Origin: a virus
Direction: 5' to 3' (one strand)
Virus record (IMG/VR): IMGVR_UViG_3300030049_000004
DNA: 39,791 bases
The position numbers and the translations under genes were made by a program. Position 1 is the stretch's first letter. Each line of letters starts with the position of its first letter. Below are positions 1 through 8,169 of this stretch, one piece after another. The notes under the pieces are model-generated. The model had not been told where the DNA came from and made no database searches. It saw only the letters and a program-made list of their open reading frames with translations.

Positions 1-127
1 TACCCGACGAACTATTAAAGCTTATTGAAAATAACATACGTCACGTCATGTATGACGCTAACAAAAACTCATTTGCTTATGAGATTTACAAAGACTTGTT
101 GTCTGGTGGATTCTCAGTCGGCAAGGT
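1..127. repeat. Terminal direct repeat copy 1 (equals 39665-39791); circularisation or terminal-redundancy overlap
   Basis: Read base by base: tacccgacgaactattaaagc...ctcagtcggcaaggt occurs at both window ends, 127/127 identical. Confidence 0.97.
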
Positions 128-1901
128 CTGGACTGAGTATGCTAATCCCATGGCGATGGAGCAAGTGATACGTTGGGCGCGCGTGTTTGATCCAACTTTG
201 TGCGGATTTGACCCATTAGCAAGATCTAGTCATAAAGGGGATGGAGCGTACAGCTTTGAATTGTTTCCTATGCTGCAAGAAGATTTTGAGTTGATGTACC
301 CTGATTTGCGTGTTGAGGAGCTAGAGTATCTTCGCGATATTGAGGGATTCAGTTGGACTTATGAGGACTCTCAGCAACGCAAGACTATTCTTGTTGGCGA
401 GTATTACGAAAAGAAGAAGCGCAAAGTTAAAATAGTTAAGCTTGCTAATGGATCTACGATGCCATTGAGTGATTATAATAAACTTGCTAAGAAGTGGGTT
501 GAATTGAATGTACTTGAGCAAATGCCTGTAATTACTGCTCGACGTACTACTGAGCTTGAGACTATTTGTTATTATAAGATTATTGGTTGCAAAGTTCTTG
601 AATATCGCGAAACAGACTTTACATTTTTGCCCCATGTATTCTTTGATGGCCATTCAATTATATTGTCTCGTGGTGAGTCTAGTTCGCAGTCTTATCAAAT
701 GACAAGGCCTTATGTTTATCATGCTAAAGGCATTCAGGATTTAAAAAACTTTGCGGGTCAGACATTGGCCAATTATCTCCAAAATCAGGTGCAACATAAG
801 TTTATCGTGAAGAAAGAGGCTATTCCACAAGAGAAAGATTATTTGTCTGCTCTGACTAACCCGCAGCGGGCTAGTACGCTTGTTGTGAATGCTTTTTATG
901 AAAACGATCCTCAGCAAGCAATTCCCGATCCAATTCGTGAAGTGGTTAACATGCCTGCGCCTCCAGAGGTTATGGCGGCGTTTCAAGTTACCGATCCAAC
1001 CACACAGACTATTCTTGGCAGTTATGCGAGTAATAATGGACAAAATGAAAATGACGCGTCGGGTAAAGCGGTTATTGCCACTCAAAGTGCTGGCAATGCT
1101 GCGGCTATGCCTTACGTAGTTGGCTATCTTGCTGGTCTTAATCAAATGGGCATTATCCATACAAACCTCATGCCTAAATATGTAGTTGAGAAAGGACGCA
1201 AGCTTCCAACCATGAACAATGCGGGTGATAGAGACTATCAAGAGGTTAATGGTGATCAGTCTCCTAAACTTGATTATGGTGAGCATGCCTTGAATGTTTG
1301 TATTGAGGCAGGTGTTAACTTTCAGGTGCAAAAGAGCGAGGCATTGCAACAAATAACAGCACTTATGCAGGCGTCACAAGAGTTTGCACAGTTCATGAAT
1401 GACGATGAGACATTGCCCATTTTGGTTGATAACTTAACCATTTATGGTTCTGACAGACTAAAAGAAGCTGTGCCTAAGTGGATCCAGAAGAAAGCGCAAA
1501 TGCAGCAACAAGCACAACAGATGCAACAAGAACAGATGAAAAACGATCCAAACATGATTCGCGCTCAAACTGAAATGATGAAGGTTCAACAGAAAGGCCA
1601 GCAAGATCAAGTTGAAAATCAAATTGCTATTGCTAAATTACAAGTTGAGAAGGAGTTGGCTCAAGCCAAGCTGATGGAAGCCGAGGCGAAGATATCAGCG
1701 GCTCAAGTTGATCAGGTTATTCGACTTGAAGAGGGTGAGACAAGCCGCTTTAATCACTCGATTGATAATGCCACCAAAATTGCGGAGTTAGAGTTTAAAG
1801 AACATCAAAAAGGTATCGACTTACACAATCAACACTTGAAGCATGTTGAATTGCATCATAATATTGAACAAGCAAATAAGCCGGAGAAAACAAATGAGTG
1901 A
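1..1901 (+). CDS. Portal protein, 3' portion (5'-partial here; full gene = 39382..39664 joined to 1..1901, 727 aa)
   Basis: Frame is open from nt 3 (..PDELLKLIENNIRHVMYDANK..) and continuous with the ORF starting at ATG 39382 through the overlap. Sits directly after large terminase, about 700 aa, with a long Gln/Glu/Lys-rich helical C-terminal tail (KKAQMQQQAQQMQQEQMK..) as in P22-type portals. Assigned by position, size and composition. Confidence 0.85.
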   Translation, partial: PDELLKLIENNIRHVMYDANKNSFAYEIYKDLLSGGFSVGKVWTEYANPMAMEQVIRWARVFDPTLCGFDPLARSSHKGDGAYSFELFPMLQEDFELMYPDLRVEELEYLRDIEGFSWTYEDSQQRKTILVGEYYEKKKRKVKIVKLANGSTMPLSDYNKLAKKWVELNVLEQMPVITARRTTELETICYYKIIGCKVLEYRETDFTFLPHVFFDGHSIILSRGESSSQSYQMTRPYVYHAKGIQDLKNFAGQTLANYLQNQVQHKFIVKKEAIPQEKDYLSALTNPQRASTLVVNAFYENDPQQAIPDPIREVVNMPAPPEVMAAFQVTDPTTQTILGSYASNNGQNENDASGKAVIATQSAGNAAAMPYVVGYLAGLNQMGIIHTNLMPKYVVEKGRKLPTMNNAGDRDYQEVNGDQSPKLDYGEHALNVCIEAGVNFQVQKSEALQQITALMQASQEFAQFMNDDETLPILVDNLTIYGSDRLKEAVPKWIQKKAQMQQQAQQMQQEQMKNDPNMIRAQTEMMKVQQKGQQDQVENQIAIAKLQVEKELAQAKLMEAEAKISAAQVDQVIRLEEGETSRFNHSIDNATKIAELEFKEHQKGIDLHNQHLKHVELHHNIEQANKPEKTNE

Positions 1902-2082
1902 TCCAAAATACAGAATTACTGAGCATCATCTTGATACCAAGCATGGCATTGCACGATTAGAGCGGGATGGATTTTCACGTGAGACCATAATGAAATCCAT
2001 GTATAACCTTACTCCTGGTGTGGATCAACGGGAGCGAACTAAAATTGTTAAGGAATTATTCAATCGCAAGGGTGAATGCTAA
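1894..2082 (+). CDS. Hypothetical protein, 62 aa
   Basis: ATG 1894 preceded by GGAG (1883-1886); overlaps the portal stop. The ORF-track start at 1843 lies inside the portal gene. Confidence 0.55.
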   Translation: MSDPKYRITEHHLDTKHGIARLERDGFSRETIMKSMYNLTPGVDQRERTKIVKELFNRKGEC

Positions 2083-2280
2083 ATGATTCTGCAGCTAGAC
2101 CCTCCATTGCCAATGACAACTCCAAAAGGTGCGGCCATTGCACATTTTCTCATTGACTATGGCATGGAGTCTCACTTATATTGGGTATGTTTCATTACTG
2201 AGACTGGTGAATGCTGGACTTATGCAAATCCACATGTTCGCATTGAACAGAACATTACTTTAGACAGAATATTAAAATGA
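2083..2280 (+). CDS. Hypothetical protein, 65 aa
   Basis: ATG immediately after the preceding TAA, with an AGGGTG SD-like motif upstream; same strand as the head module. Confidence 0.55.
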   Translation: MILQLDPPLPMTTPKGAAIAHFLIDYGMESHLYWVCFITETGECWTYANPHVRIEQNITLDRILK

Positions 2281-2675
2281 ATCAATATTTACGATGGAGT
2301 CCTGAGACAGGGCGAATAACTGGAGAAATGAATTATGGCAAAAGAAATGAAGATGAAGAAAGAAATGAAAAAGCCAAAGAAAGAGAAGCATATGGATGCA
2401 AAAGAAGACATGAAAATGTTGAAAAAGAAAGTCAAAAAAGGTTGTTTAAAATAATGCCAAAATTTATCAAGCAATATCAAAATATCATTCATTCCAATGA
2501 TGCAATTAAACTGGGGGAATCAGAGGTTGAAGAAGCCACAGGTAAAATACTTGCCATTTATCTTAATGACATTGTTGAGACGGTGATGTCCACTCCTGAT
2601 AAAGCGTACCTTATTCAGTGGGCTATTAGTGAATTAGATGATGATGAGGTTAAAGATGCCATTAAAGAAAGCTAA
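2277..2675 (+). CDS. Hypothetical protein, 132 aa (gene model ambiguous)
   Basis: ATGA overlap with the preceding stop. An alternative model is 2335..2454 (39 aa, Lys/Met-rich, GGAG upstream) plus 2454..2675 joined by TAATG. Confidence 0.4.
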   Translation: MNQYLRWSPETGRITGEMNYGKRNEDEERNEKAKEREAYGCKRRHENVEKESQKRLFKIMPKFIKQYQNIIHSNDAIKLGESEVEEATGKILAIYLNDIVETVMSTPDKAYLIQWAISELDDDEVKDAIKES

Positions 2676-2793
2676 GCCAGGAACGAAAGGTTTTGGTGAA
2701 AATATAGCTACTGAAATGAAAGCCGGAAAAAAACAATCACAAGCAATCGCTATTGCATACAGTGTTGCTAAAGAGAAGAAGAAAAAGAAATGA
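2656..2793 (+). CDS. Small basic protein, 45 aa (MPLKKAKPGTKGFGENIATEMKAGKKQSQAIAIAYSVAKEKKKKK)
   Basis: Not in the ORF track (under 60 aa). The ..GK..SQAIAIAYS.A.. motif resembles a widespread short basic phage/bacterial protein family. Overlaps its neighbours at both ends. Confidence 0.5.
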   Translation: MPLKKAKPGTKGFGENIATEMKAGKKQSQAIAIAYSVAKEKKKKK

Positions 2794-2927
2794 GCGCTCT
2801 AATATATTTACCCGGTAATTCCACGACAAACGATTTAATCATGGCGCTTAAACAAATTGAAGCATTAGTGATATCTCTTCGTGAGCGCATTGATATATTA
2901 GAGAAAAACAAAAAGCACAAAGCTTGA
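2790..2927 (+). CDS. Hypothetical protein, 45 aa
   Basis: ATGA overlap with the preceding ORF; helical heptad-like sequence (LKQIEALVISLRERIDILEKNKK). Confidence 0.4.
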   Translation: MSALIYLPGNSTTNDLIMALKQIEALVISLRERIDILEKNKKHKA

Positions 2928-3053
2928 CTTATTAGGACATAAACCTAATAATTAGCACATCTACGCCGCCATTCGATAACCTGGCCGACACTTTGCAGCG
3001 ATATTGCATTGATCTTACGGTGACACCGATAACTAGTCAAAAGGTGAAGATTT

Positions 3054-3785
3054 ATGACTGATGGTTTAGACACTGATTTGCAGGAAGAAGCACCTGTTGA
3101 GCCAGCAATGAACGATGGTGTTGCCGAAGAAGCGTTAGATAAAGCAACGGTATCAAAAATTGTCGCGCGTGAGCGTGCGAAGGCTTATGAGAAAGGCAAA
3201 CAGGAGGCATTAATGCAGCAACAACAAGAACAGCAACCACCCGTGCAACAAGCACCCCAACCTGCGGCGCAGACGTTTGGTGGGATTCAACAGGCTCCGC
3301 AAATGAGTCATGAAGATATCCAGAAGATGATTGCTGAACATGTTCCGCATTATTTGCAAGCACAAGCTGACGAATATAAAAACAAGCAATTTGTTGATAG
3401 TTTCGTTGGTAAAATGCAGGCGGCCGAAAAGCAATATCCTGGGCTTGAGAAGAAGCTTGAAGATTTGGACTTTAGTAAACCTGGTACCCAAGCATTGGTG
3501 CAAATGGCCAATAACATGGATAATACTGGCGATATTATGAATGAGTTGATAGATAATCCTGAGAAAATGGGTGTTTTATTGAATCTAATTCACGAACAGC
3601 CGAAACTTGCTCAGCAACGTATGAGCAGTCTTGGTAATTCGATAAAAACCAATCAAGAGGCTTTGAATCAGTCACAATCAGCACAAGAACCCATCGGACA
3701 GCTTAAATCTTCAGTAAATGCTGGAGTTGATGATCACAATTTGTCCGTGAAAGATCTGAAGAAGCTGCTAAGACAGCCTCGATAA
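3054..3785 (+). CDS. Scaffolding protein (by position)
   Basis: 243 aa, Gln/Ala/Glu/Lys-rich with no Cys or Trp (..QQQQEQQPPVQQAPQPAAQ..), AAGGTGA SD, immediately 5' of the coat gene. Confidence 0.6.
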   Translation: MTDGLDTDLQEEAPVEPAMNDGVAEEALDKATVSKIVARERAKAYEKGKQEALMQQQQEQQPPVQQAPQPAAQTFGGIQQAPQMSHEDIQKMIAEHVPHYLQAQADEYKNKQFVDSFVGKMQAAEKQYPGLEKKLEDLDFSKPGTQALVQMANNMDNTGDIMNELIDNPEKMGVLLNLIHEQPKLAQQRMSSLGNSIKTNQEALNQSQSAQEPIGQLKSSVNAGVDDHNLSVKDLKKLLRQPR

Positions 3786-3810
3786 TCGACACGTAGACAT
3801 GGTGCTCTCA

Positions 3811-3829
3811 CTCCAAACTATTTTTGGAG
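3811..3829 (+). promoter_or_regulatory. Hairpin that pairs the coat-gene Shine-Dalgarno
   Basis: CTCCAAA-ctatt-TTTGGAG, 7-bp perfect stem. The 3' arm contains the GGAG that serves the GTG 3839 start. Confidence 0.45.
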
Positions 3830-3838
3830 TCTTATATC

Positions 3839-5173
3839 GTGTCTACCACACCTAATAACGTCCTACAGAACGTACAGCTATACATTAAATCCGAACTAGC
3901 TTGGCTAGATAACGAATTTTGGGGTATAGCGAATGCAAATAAATCTTTAGTAGAATTCAACGACAAGAAAGGTAACTTGGGCGATACAATCACCTTTGAT
4001 ACCACTCCACGTTACATATCTTATGATGGTTTGGTTATTACTCAACAGCCTTCAGTTCAACGTCTGCAATCTTTGATTTGCTCTCAGGCTAAAAACGTTG
4101 CCGCAGGTTACACTGATGAACAGTTCATTTTCAATATTCGTGATTATATGGATCGCTTTGGTGAAGCCGCTGCGATGGAAATTGGTACAGCAATTGAATC
4201 TGACGTGTTGTTGAATATTGTTTCTGGTGTTGTTGGTAACGATCCAAAATCACCTGAATATCAATTGTCTCAAGTTAACAGTGGGCCTTTCCGTTTCTTT
4301 GGCGATGGCGTTACACCAATCAACTCATTTACTCAATTAGCACAAGCTTGGGCTAACTTTGATGCATTCGGTGCTGCTCGTACTAAAAAACGTGGCGTAT
4401 TGCCGATTGATATCGTTCCAGCAATTGTTGGTACTGGTATGAATCAATTTTCTCCTGATCGTGCTAATGAAACTGCTGAAACTTGGAAAGTAGGTCGATT
4501 TGGCGGCATGGCAGTTGATTGGTCTGTATCCAACTTACTGCCTCTTCATGTTTCTGGAACAATTGGCGATGCTGCTGCTCCTAATAATGTGATGACAGTA
4601 GTTAGTGTTAGCGATCCAACTGGTGCAAATGTAATATCTATTACATTCCAAACCACAGGTGATAACAATGATGCCAACGCGATTAAAGCTGGCGATTTGT
4701 TTGAATTCAATGATGGTGTAAGTGGTTATCCTAACATGCGCTTTTTGACATTTGTTGGTCATAAAGTTACACGTCAAAAAGTTCAGTTCCGTGCCATTGC
4801 GAATGCTGCTACAGGTTCAGGTGGTTTGGTTACTGTTCAAATACAAACTATTAATGGTGTGGGTTTAGTATGGGCACAAAACCAAAACCAGAATTTGAAT
4901 AACACTATTCAAGCTGGTATGACTGTAACCCCTACTCCTTCTCATCAAGCTGGCTGGATGGATGCTGGTAATAGTTTCTACTTGGCAATGCCAAAACTCC
5001 CAGATAACGACCCATACAAAACTGTTTACTTCAAAGACAAAGAGTCTGGTGCCTCGCTGCGTCACTATTGGGGTGCTCAATTCGGCTTGGATAATCGCGC
5101 TTATGTTCGCGATTGTACTTGGGGCTCGACGCTCGTTGCAGAAGACTCCATGCGAATCATAATCCCCATGTAA
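3839..5173 (+). CDS. Major capsid (coat) protein, 444 aa
   Basis: GTG 3839 with GGAG 9 nt upstream (the ORF track uses TTG 3824). Largest non-fibre structural ORF, directly after scaffold. Size fits P22-type coats. Followed by a 10-bp-stem hairpin. Confidence 0.75.
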   Translation: MSTTPNNVLQNVQLYIKSELAWLDNEFWGIANANKSLVEFNDKKGNLGDTITFDTTPRYISYDGLVITQQPSVQRLQSLICSQAKNVAAGYTDEQFIFNIRDYMDRFGEAAAMEIGTAIESDVLLNIVSGVVGNDPKSPEYQLSQVNSGPFRFFGDGVTPINSFTQLAQAWANFDAFGAARTKKRGVLPIDIVPAIVGTGMNQFSPDRANETAETWKVGRFGGMAVDWSVSNLLPLHVSGTIGDAAAPNNVMTVVSVSDPTGANVISITFQTTGDNNDANAIKAGDLFEFNDGVSGYPNMRFLTFVGHKVTRQKVQFRAIANAATGSGGLVTVQIQTINGVGLVWAQNQNQNLNNTIQAGMTVTPTPSHQAGWMDAGNSFYLAMPKLPDNDPYKTVYFKDKESGASLRHYWGAQFGLDNRAYVRDCTWGSTLVAEDSMRIIIPM

Positions 5174-5184
5174 GGTCTATGTTT

Positions 5185-5221
5185 CCTGTGTTATAATGTA
5201 GCTTGTACAAAATAACACAGG
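5185..5221 (+). promoter_or_regulatory. 10-bp inverted repeat containing an extended -10 (TGtTATAAT, 5189-5197) upstream of the HNH gene
   Basis: CCTGTGTTAT-17 nt-ATAACACAGG. The 5' arm carries TGnTATAAT and the 3' arm runs into the HNH SD (AGGGG). Confidence 0.35.
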
Positions 5222-5228
5222 GGATTGA

Positions 5229-5927
5229 ATGAGTAGCTTAATATGTGCGTGTGGAAAAGAGAAGCAATCGACACAGAAAAAAATTTGTGATGATTGTCGC
5301 AAAGAGAACAAGAAAGAAAAGAACAGGCGAGATGCTAAAGCCTATCGAGAAAGGTATGGTTCAGTTGTTAAGCGCGGTATTTATTGCAGTATGTGCAAAG
5401 GCGTTAAAGAGCATCAAGAGCGAGGATATTGTTTAGCATGTGAGCGAGAAAGGTGGAAGGATAGAAATAAACCTGATTGCGCAACTTGCGGAGCAATAAA
5501 AGAAAATCCTAGGGATGCTTATTGCAATGAATGTAAACGCGAAAAAAATAGAATCAAAAGCATCGAGGAAGGTCGAAGAGAAAGAAATACACCTGGACTT
5601 GGAAGAAAAACAACTTGTTCAATATGCGGCAAAGAAAAAGAAGCAAATTATTTGAATGAAAGTTGTTGCCAAGCATGCAAGATGTTAAGAAAAAAATTAA
5701 GTCGATCAGGGCGTAATGAAGAACAGATATTAAAAGAAAATGTTAGAAGACTTACATGGATGAAAATTTCCGACGGAACTATAGTTAGGAAACCATGCGA
5801 AGTTTGTGGCACAGATAAAGATGTTGAAGCGCATCATGATGATTACAACAAACCACTTGAAGTAAGATGGCTTTGTCGTAAACATCATAGAGAGCACCAC
5901 AATAACGAAAAGAATAAGGAAACATAA
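5229..5927 (+). CDS. HNH endonuclease with four N-terminal zinc-ribbon repeats (free-standing, homing type)
   Basis: C-terminus CEVCG..EAHHDDYNKPLEVRWLCRKHHREHH is an HNH motif. The N-terminus has four CxxC-x(10-13)-CxxC units, each followed by basic KEK/RER tracts. Inserted between coat and downstream virion genes. Confidence 0.8.
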   Translation: MSSLICACGKEKQSTQKKICDDCRKENKKEKNRRDAKAYRERYGSVVKRGIYCSMCKGVKEHQERGYCLACERERWKDRNKPDCATCGAIKENPRDAYCNECKREKNRIKSIEEGRRERNTPGLGRKTTCSICGKEKEANYLNESCCQACKMLRKKLSRSGRNEEQILKENVRRLTWMKISDGTIVRKPCEVCGTDKDVEAHHDDYNKPLEVRWLCRKHHREHHNNEKNKET

Positions 5928-5929
5928 AA

Positions 5930-6727
5930 ATGGCAACCACTACACCAGTTGGACAAGAAAGCAGTATTTCCTATGGCGCGTACCCTTTTACTTATGCCAA
6001 TGGCTTACAAATTAGTTTAGATGCAACCACACCATTAACTCAGTTAGATATCAGCGCAGGTGTAACGATTGATTCTACAGATACATTTCAGATGATCAAT
6101 CCAAGCACTATTGTTATCAATGGTTTGGCAAAAGGTTTAAACGGATTGGATACTGGAACTTTAGCAGCAGCTACAGTTTATTCAGTTTATTTGATTTCCG
6201 ATCCTGTTTCACTACAGCCTATCGGTGGGATGCTTTCATTGGCAGGTCCATTATCAGCAGTTGGTCCTTTAATGCCTTTTAGCTACAGCGCATATCGCTT
6301 AATTGGCTATGTGACCACAGCTGCGGGTGCCGCAACATTTCTGCCTGGATATTGGACAGCTGGAAGCAGTGGTTTCCGCTTGTTTATGTATGATGCGCCT
6401 CTTGCCACAGCCGTTACTGCAGGCACATCAACTTCATATGCAAATGTGAATTTGTATTCAGCTGTTCCAAACATGAATAATGTTCCTGTTCTAGTTAATA
6501 GTGTATTTACACCAACAGCTGCTGGAAGTGCGTTGAATTTGCAACCGGGAAATGCTACAGGGGCAGCAAGGACAGTATTAGGTCAGGTTGCCGCTGTTGT
6601 GGTTAACAGTGTAAGTACTGTATTAGCGCAAACAGTTACTATCAGCACTATTCCTTCACCAGTTGTTAATTACAAAGTAGTTGGCTCTGTTGCGGTTAAC
6701 GTTGAAGGTTACTACTGGGCAATTTAA
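5930..6727 (+). CDS. Virion structural protein, function unknown (265 aa)
   Basis: AAGGAA SD; Thr/Ala/Val/Ser/Gly-rich, beta-type composition; lies between coat and adaptor. Confidence 0.45.
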   Translation: MATTTPVGQESSISYGAYPFTYANGLQISLDATTPLTQLDISAGVTIDSTDTFQMINPSTIVINGLAKGLNGLDTGTLAAATVYSVYLISDPVSLQPIGGMLSLAGPLSAVGPLMPFSYSAYRLIGYVTTAAGAATFLPGYWTAGSSGFRLFMYDAPLATAVTAGTSTSYANVNLYSAVPNMNNVPVLVNSVFTPTAAGSALNLQPGNATGAARTVLGQVAAVVVNSVSTVLAQTVTISTIPSPVVNYKVVGSVAVNVEGYYWAI

Positions 6728-6737
6728 GGAGTAAATC

Positions 6738-7445
6738 ATGGCTTACACAGCGTTACAGTTAATCACGCGTGCGTATTACTTGTCACAAATCGTAAGCCGT
6801 GAATTGCAGGTCGTTTCTGGCTCACAAGTCACTGACGGCCTGTATCTATTGAATGCGATTCTAGATTCTAAAGGGTCGGATTTGCGTGAGATACCTTATT
6901 ATACTGAATATTTTTTTGATACCGTACAAGGTCAAGAGCTCTATTATATCCCGGGTCTTACCTCCGTTGATTCAATGACATTCAATATTGGACCTGTTCG
7001 ATATGCCATGAATGAGGAAACCCGTGTGGGTTACTTCGGTCAATACCGTATTGACAACGTGCAATCCTTACCTTTTCAATATCGCATGGAGCGCACATTA
7101 GGCGGCATGAACGTCTATATGTATTTTGTTCCTGCTGATGTATATCAGATGAAGATTTGGGGCAAGTTTGAATTGAGTGAGGTTACTCTTCAGACTGACT
7201 TAAGTTTAAGTTTGGATTTGTATTATATAGAATTTCTTCGTCATGAATTGGCTATGTATCTCGCTAATGAATATGGTGCAACTTTACCTGATGGCGTTAT
7301 GCAGCAATATAAGATTCTTGAGAAGAAGGTTATGGATGTTAGTCCTGCAGATTTGTCTTTGCATAACTTGAATTACTTTGGGAATAGTGAAGTGGGATTG
7401 GATTGGCAAATTTTGAATCTCTCTGGCGGGTGGTTACCGTACTAA
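6738..7445 (+). CDS. Head-to-tail adaptor candidate (P22 gp4-like position)
   Basis: TAAGGAG SD. The N-terminus QLITRAYYLSQIVSRELQVVSGSQVTDGLYLLNAILD resembles the N-terminal helix pattern of P22 gp4-type adaptors, and the gene precedes the gp10-like hub. From memory only. Confidence 0.4.
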   Translation: MAYTALQLITRAYYLSQIVSRELQVVSGSQVTDGLYLLNAILDSKGSDLREIPYYTEYFFDTVQGQELYYIPGLTSVDSMTFNIGPVRYAMNEETRVGYFGQYRIDNVQSLPFQYRMERTLGGMNVYMYFVPADVYQMKIWGKFELSEVTLQTDLSLSLDLYYIEFLRHELAMYLANEYGATLPDGVMQQYKILEKKVMDVSPADLSLHNLNYFGNSEVGLDWQILNLSGGWLPY

Positions 7446-7499
7446 GAAATAGGTGGATATTTGCCATAAATAATGATATTATCTTCTTTTTAATGGCAG

Positions 7500-8168
7500 A
7501 TGATAATGTTAGAAATAATAAAGATATGTAAAAAACATGGTAAATTAACAGAAGAACTTGTTTATCGAAGTAAAGATAAGAAATATTCTTCTGGATATGC
7601 TTTGAAATGTAAAAAATGTTGTTATGAGGCCATTAGAAAACGTCCTTGTAAGGTTCATGGTGTAATATCAGATGATGATCGCGTTGAATCTGGTGGATGC
7701 AGGGTTTGTGCTCATAATAAGATGAAAAAAATGAATGATAGACGAAACAATAATCGTCCAGAATTTAATGAAAAAATGAGATTAAAGAAAGAAGCTAATC
7801 CAGAATGGTGGAAGCAGGTTAAAAAACAAGAATACGATAGATTAGTAGATCGAGTTGGCAATGATGCTCTTTGTGAGTCACAGAAAGCTAAAAAATTTGA
7901 TTTAACAATCGAAGAATTTAGAAAAATGTTTGAAGAGCAAAAGAATCTCTGTGCTATATGTAATCAGCCTGAGACTAGAATATTTACAGGTCGTGGTGCG
8001 AATGCTGGGAGGATGAAAGTGGCTAAATTATGTGTTGATCATTGTCATTCTAGTGGAAAAATTAGAGGTCTGTTATGTCATGACTGTAATACATCCATTG
8101 GCAAGATGAAGGATGACGTGGATAGGCTGCAATCAGCAATAAATTATCTTAACAAGCACAAGGACTAA
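7500..8168 (+). CDS. Endonuclease VII-type (T4 gp49-like HNH) homing endonuclease with N-terminal zinc ribbons
   Basis: CAICNQ..-x-..LCVDHCHSSGKIRGLLCHDCNTSIGKM is the Endonuclease_7 signature. Free-standing between adaptor and hub. Paralogue of 25241..25972. Confidence 0.75.
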   Translation: MIMLEIIKICKKHGKLTEELVYRSKDKKYSSGYALKCKKCCYEAIRKRPCKVHGVISDDDRVESGGCRVCAHNKMKKMNDRRNNNRPEFNEKMRLKKEANPEWWKQVKKQEYDRLVDRVGNDALCESQKAKKFDLTIEEFRKMFEEQKNLCAICNQPETRIFTGRGANAGRMKVAKLCVDHCHSSGKIRGLLCHDCNTSIGKMKDDVDRLQSAINYLNKHKD

Positions 8169-8169
8169 A

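Noticed and set aside
321-1352. Antisense ORFs 321..653 and 741..1352 inside the portal gene
   Set aside because: Junk-like, Leu/Ile/Arg-rich translations with no ribosome-binding sites, fully embedded in a well-supported sense gene.
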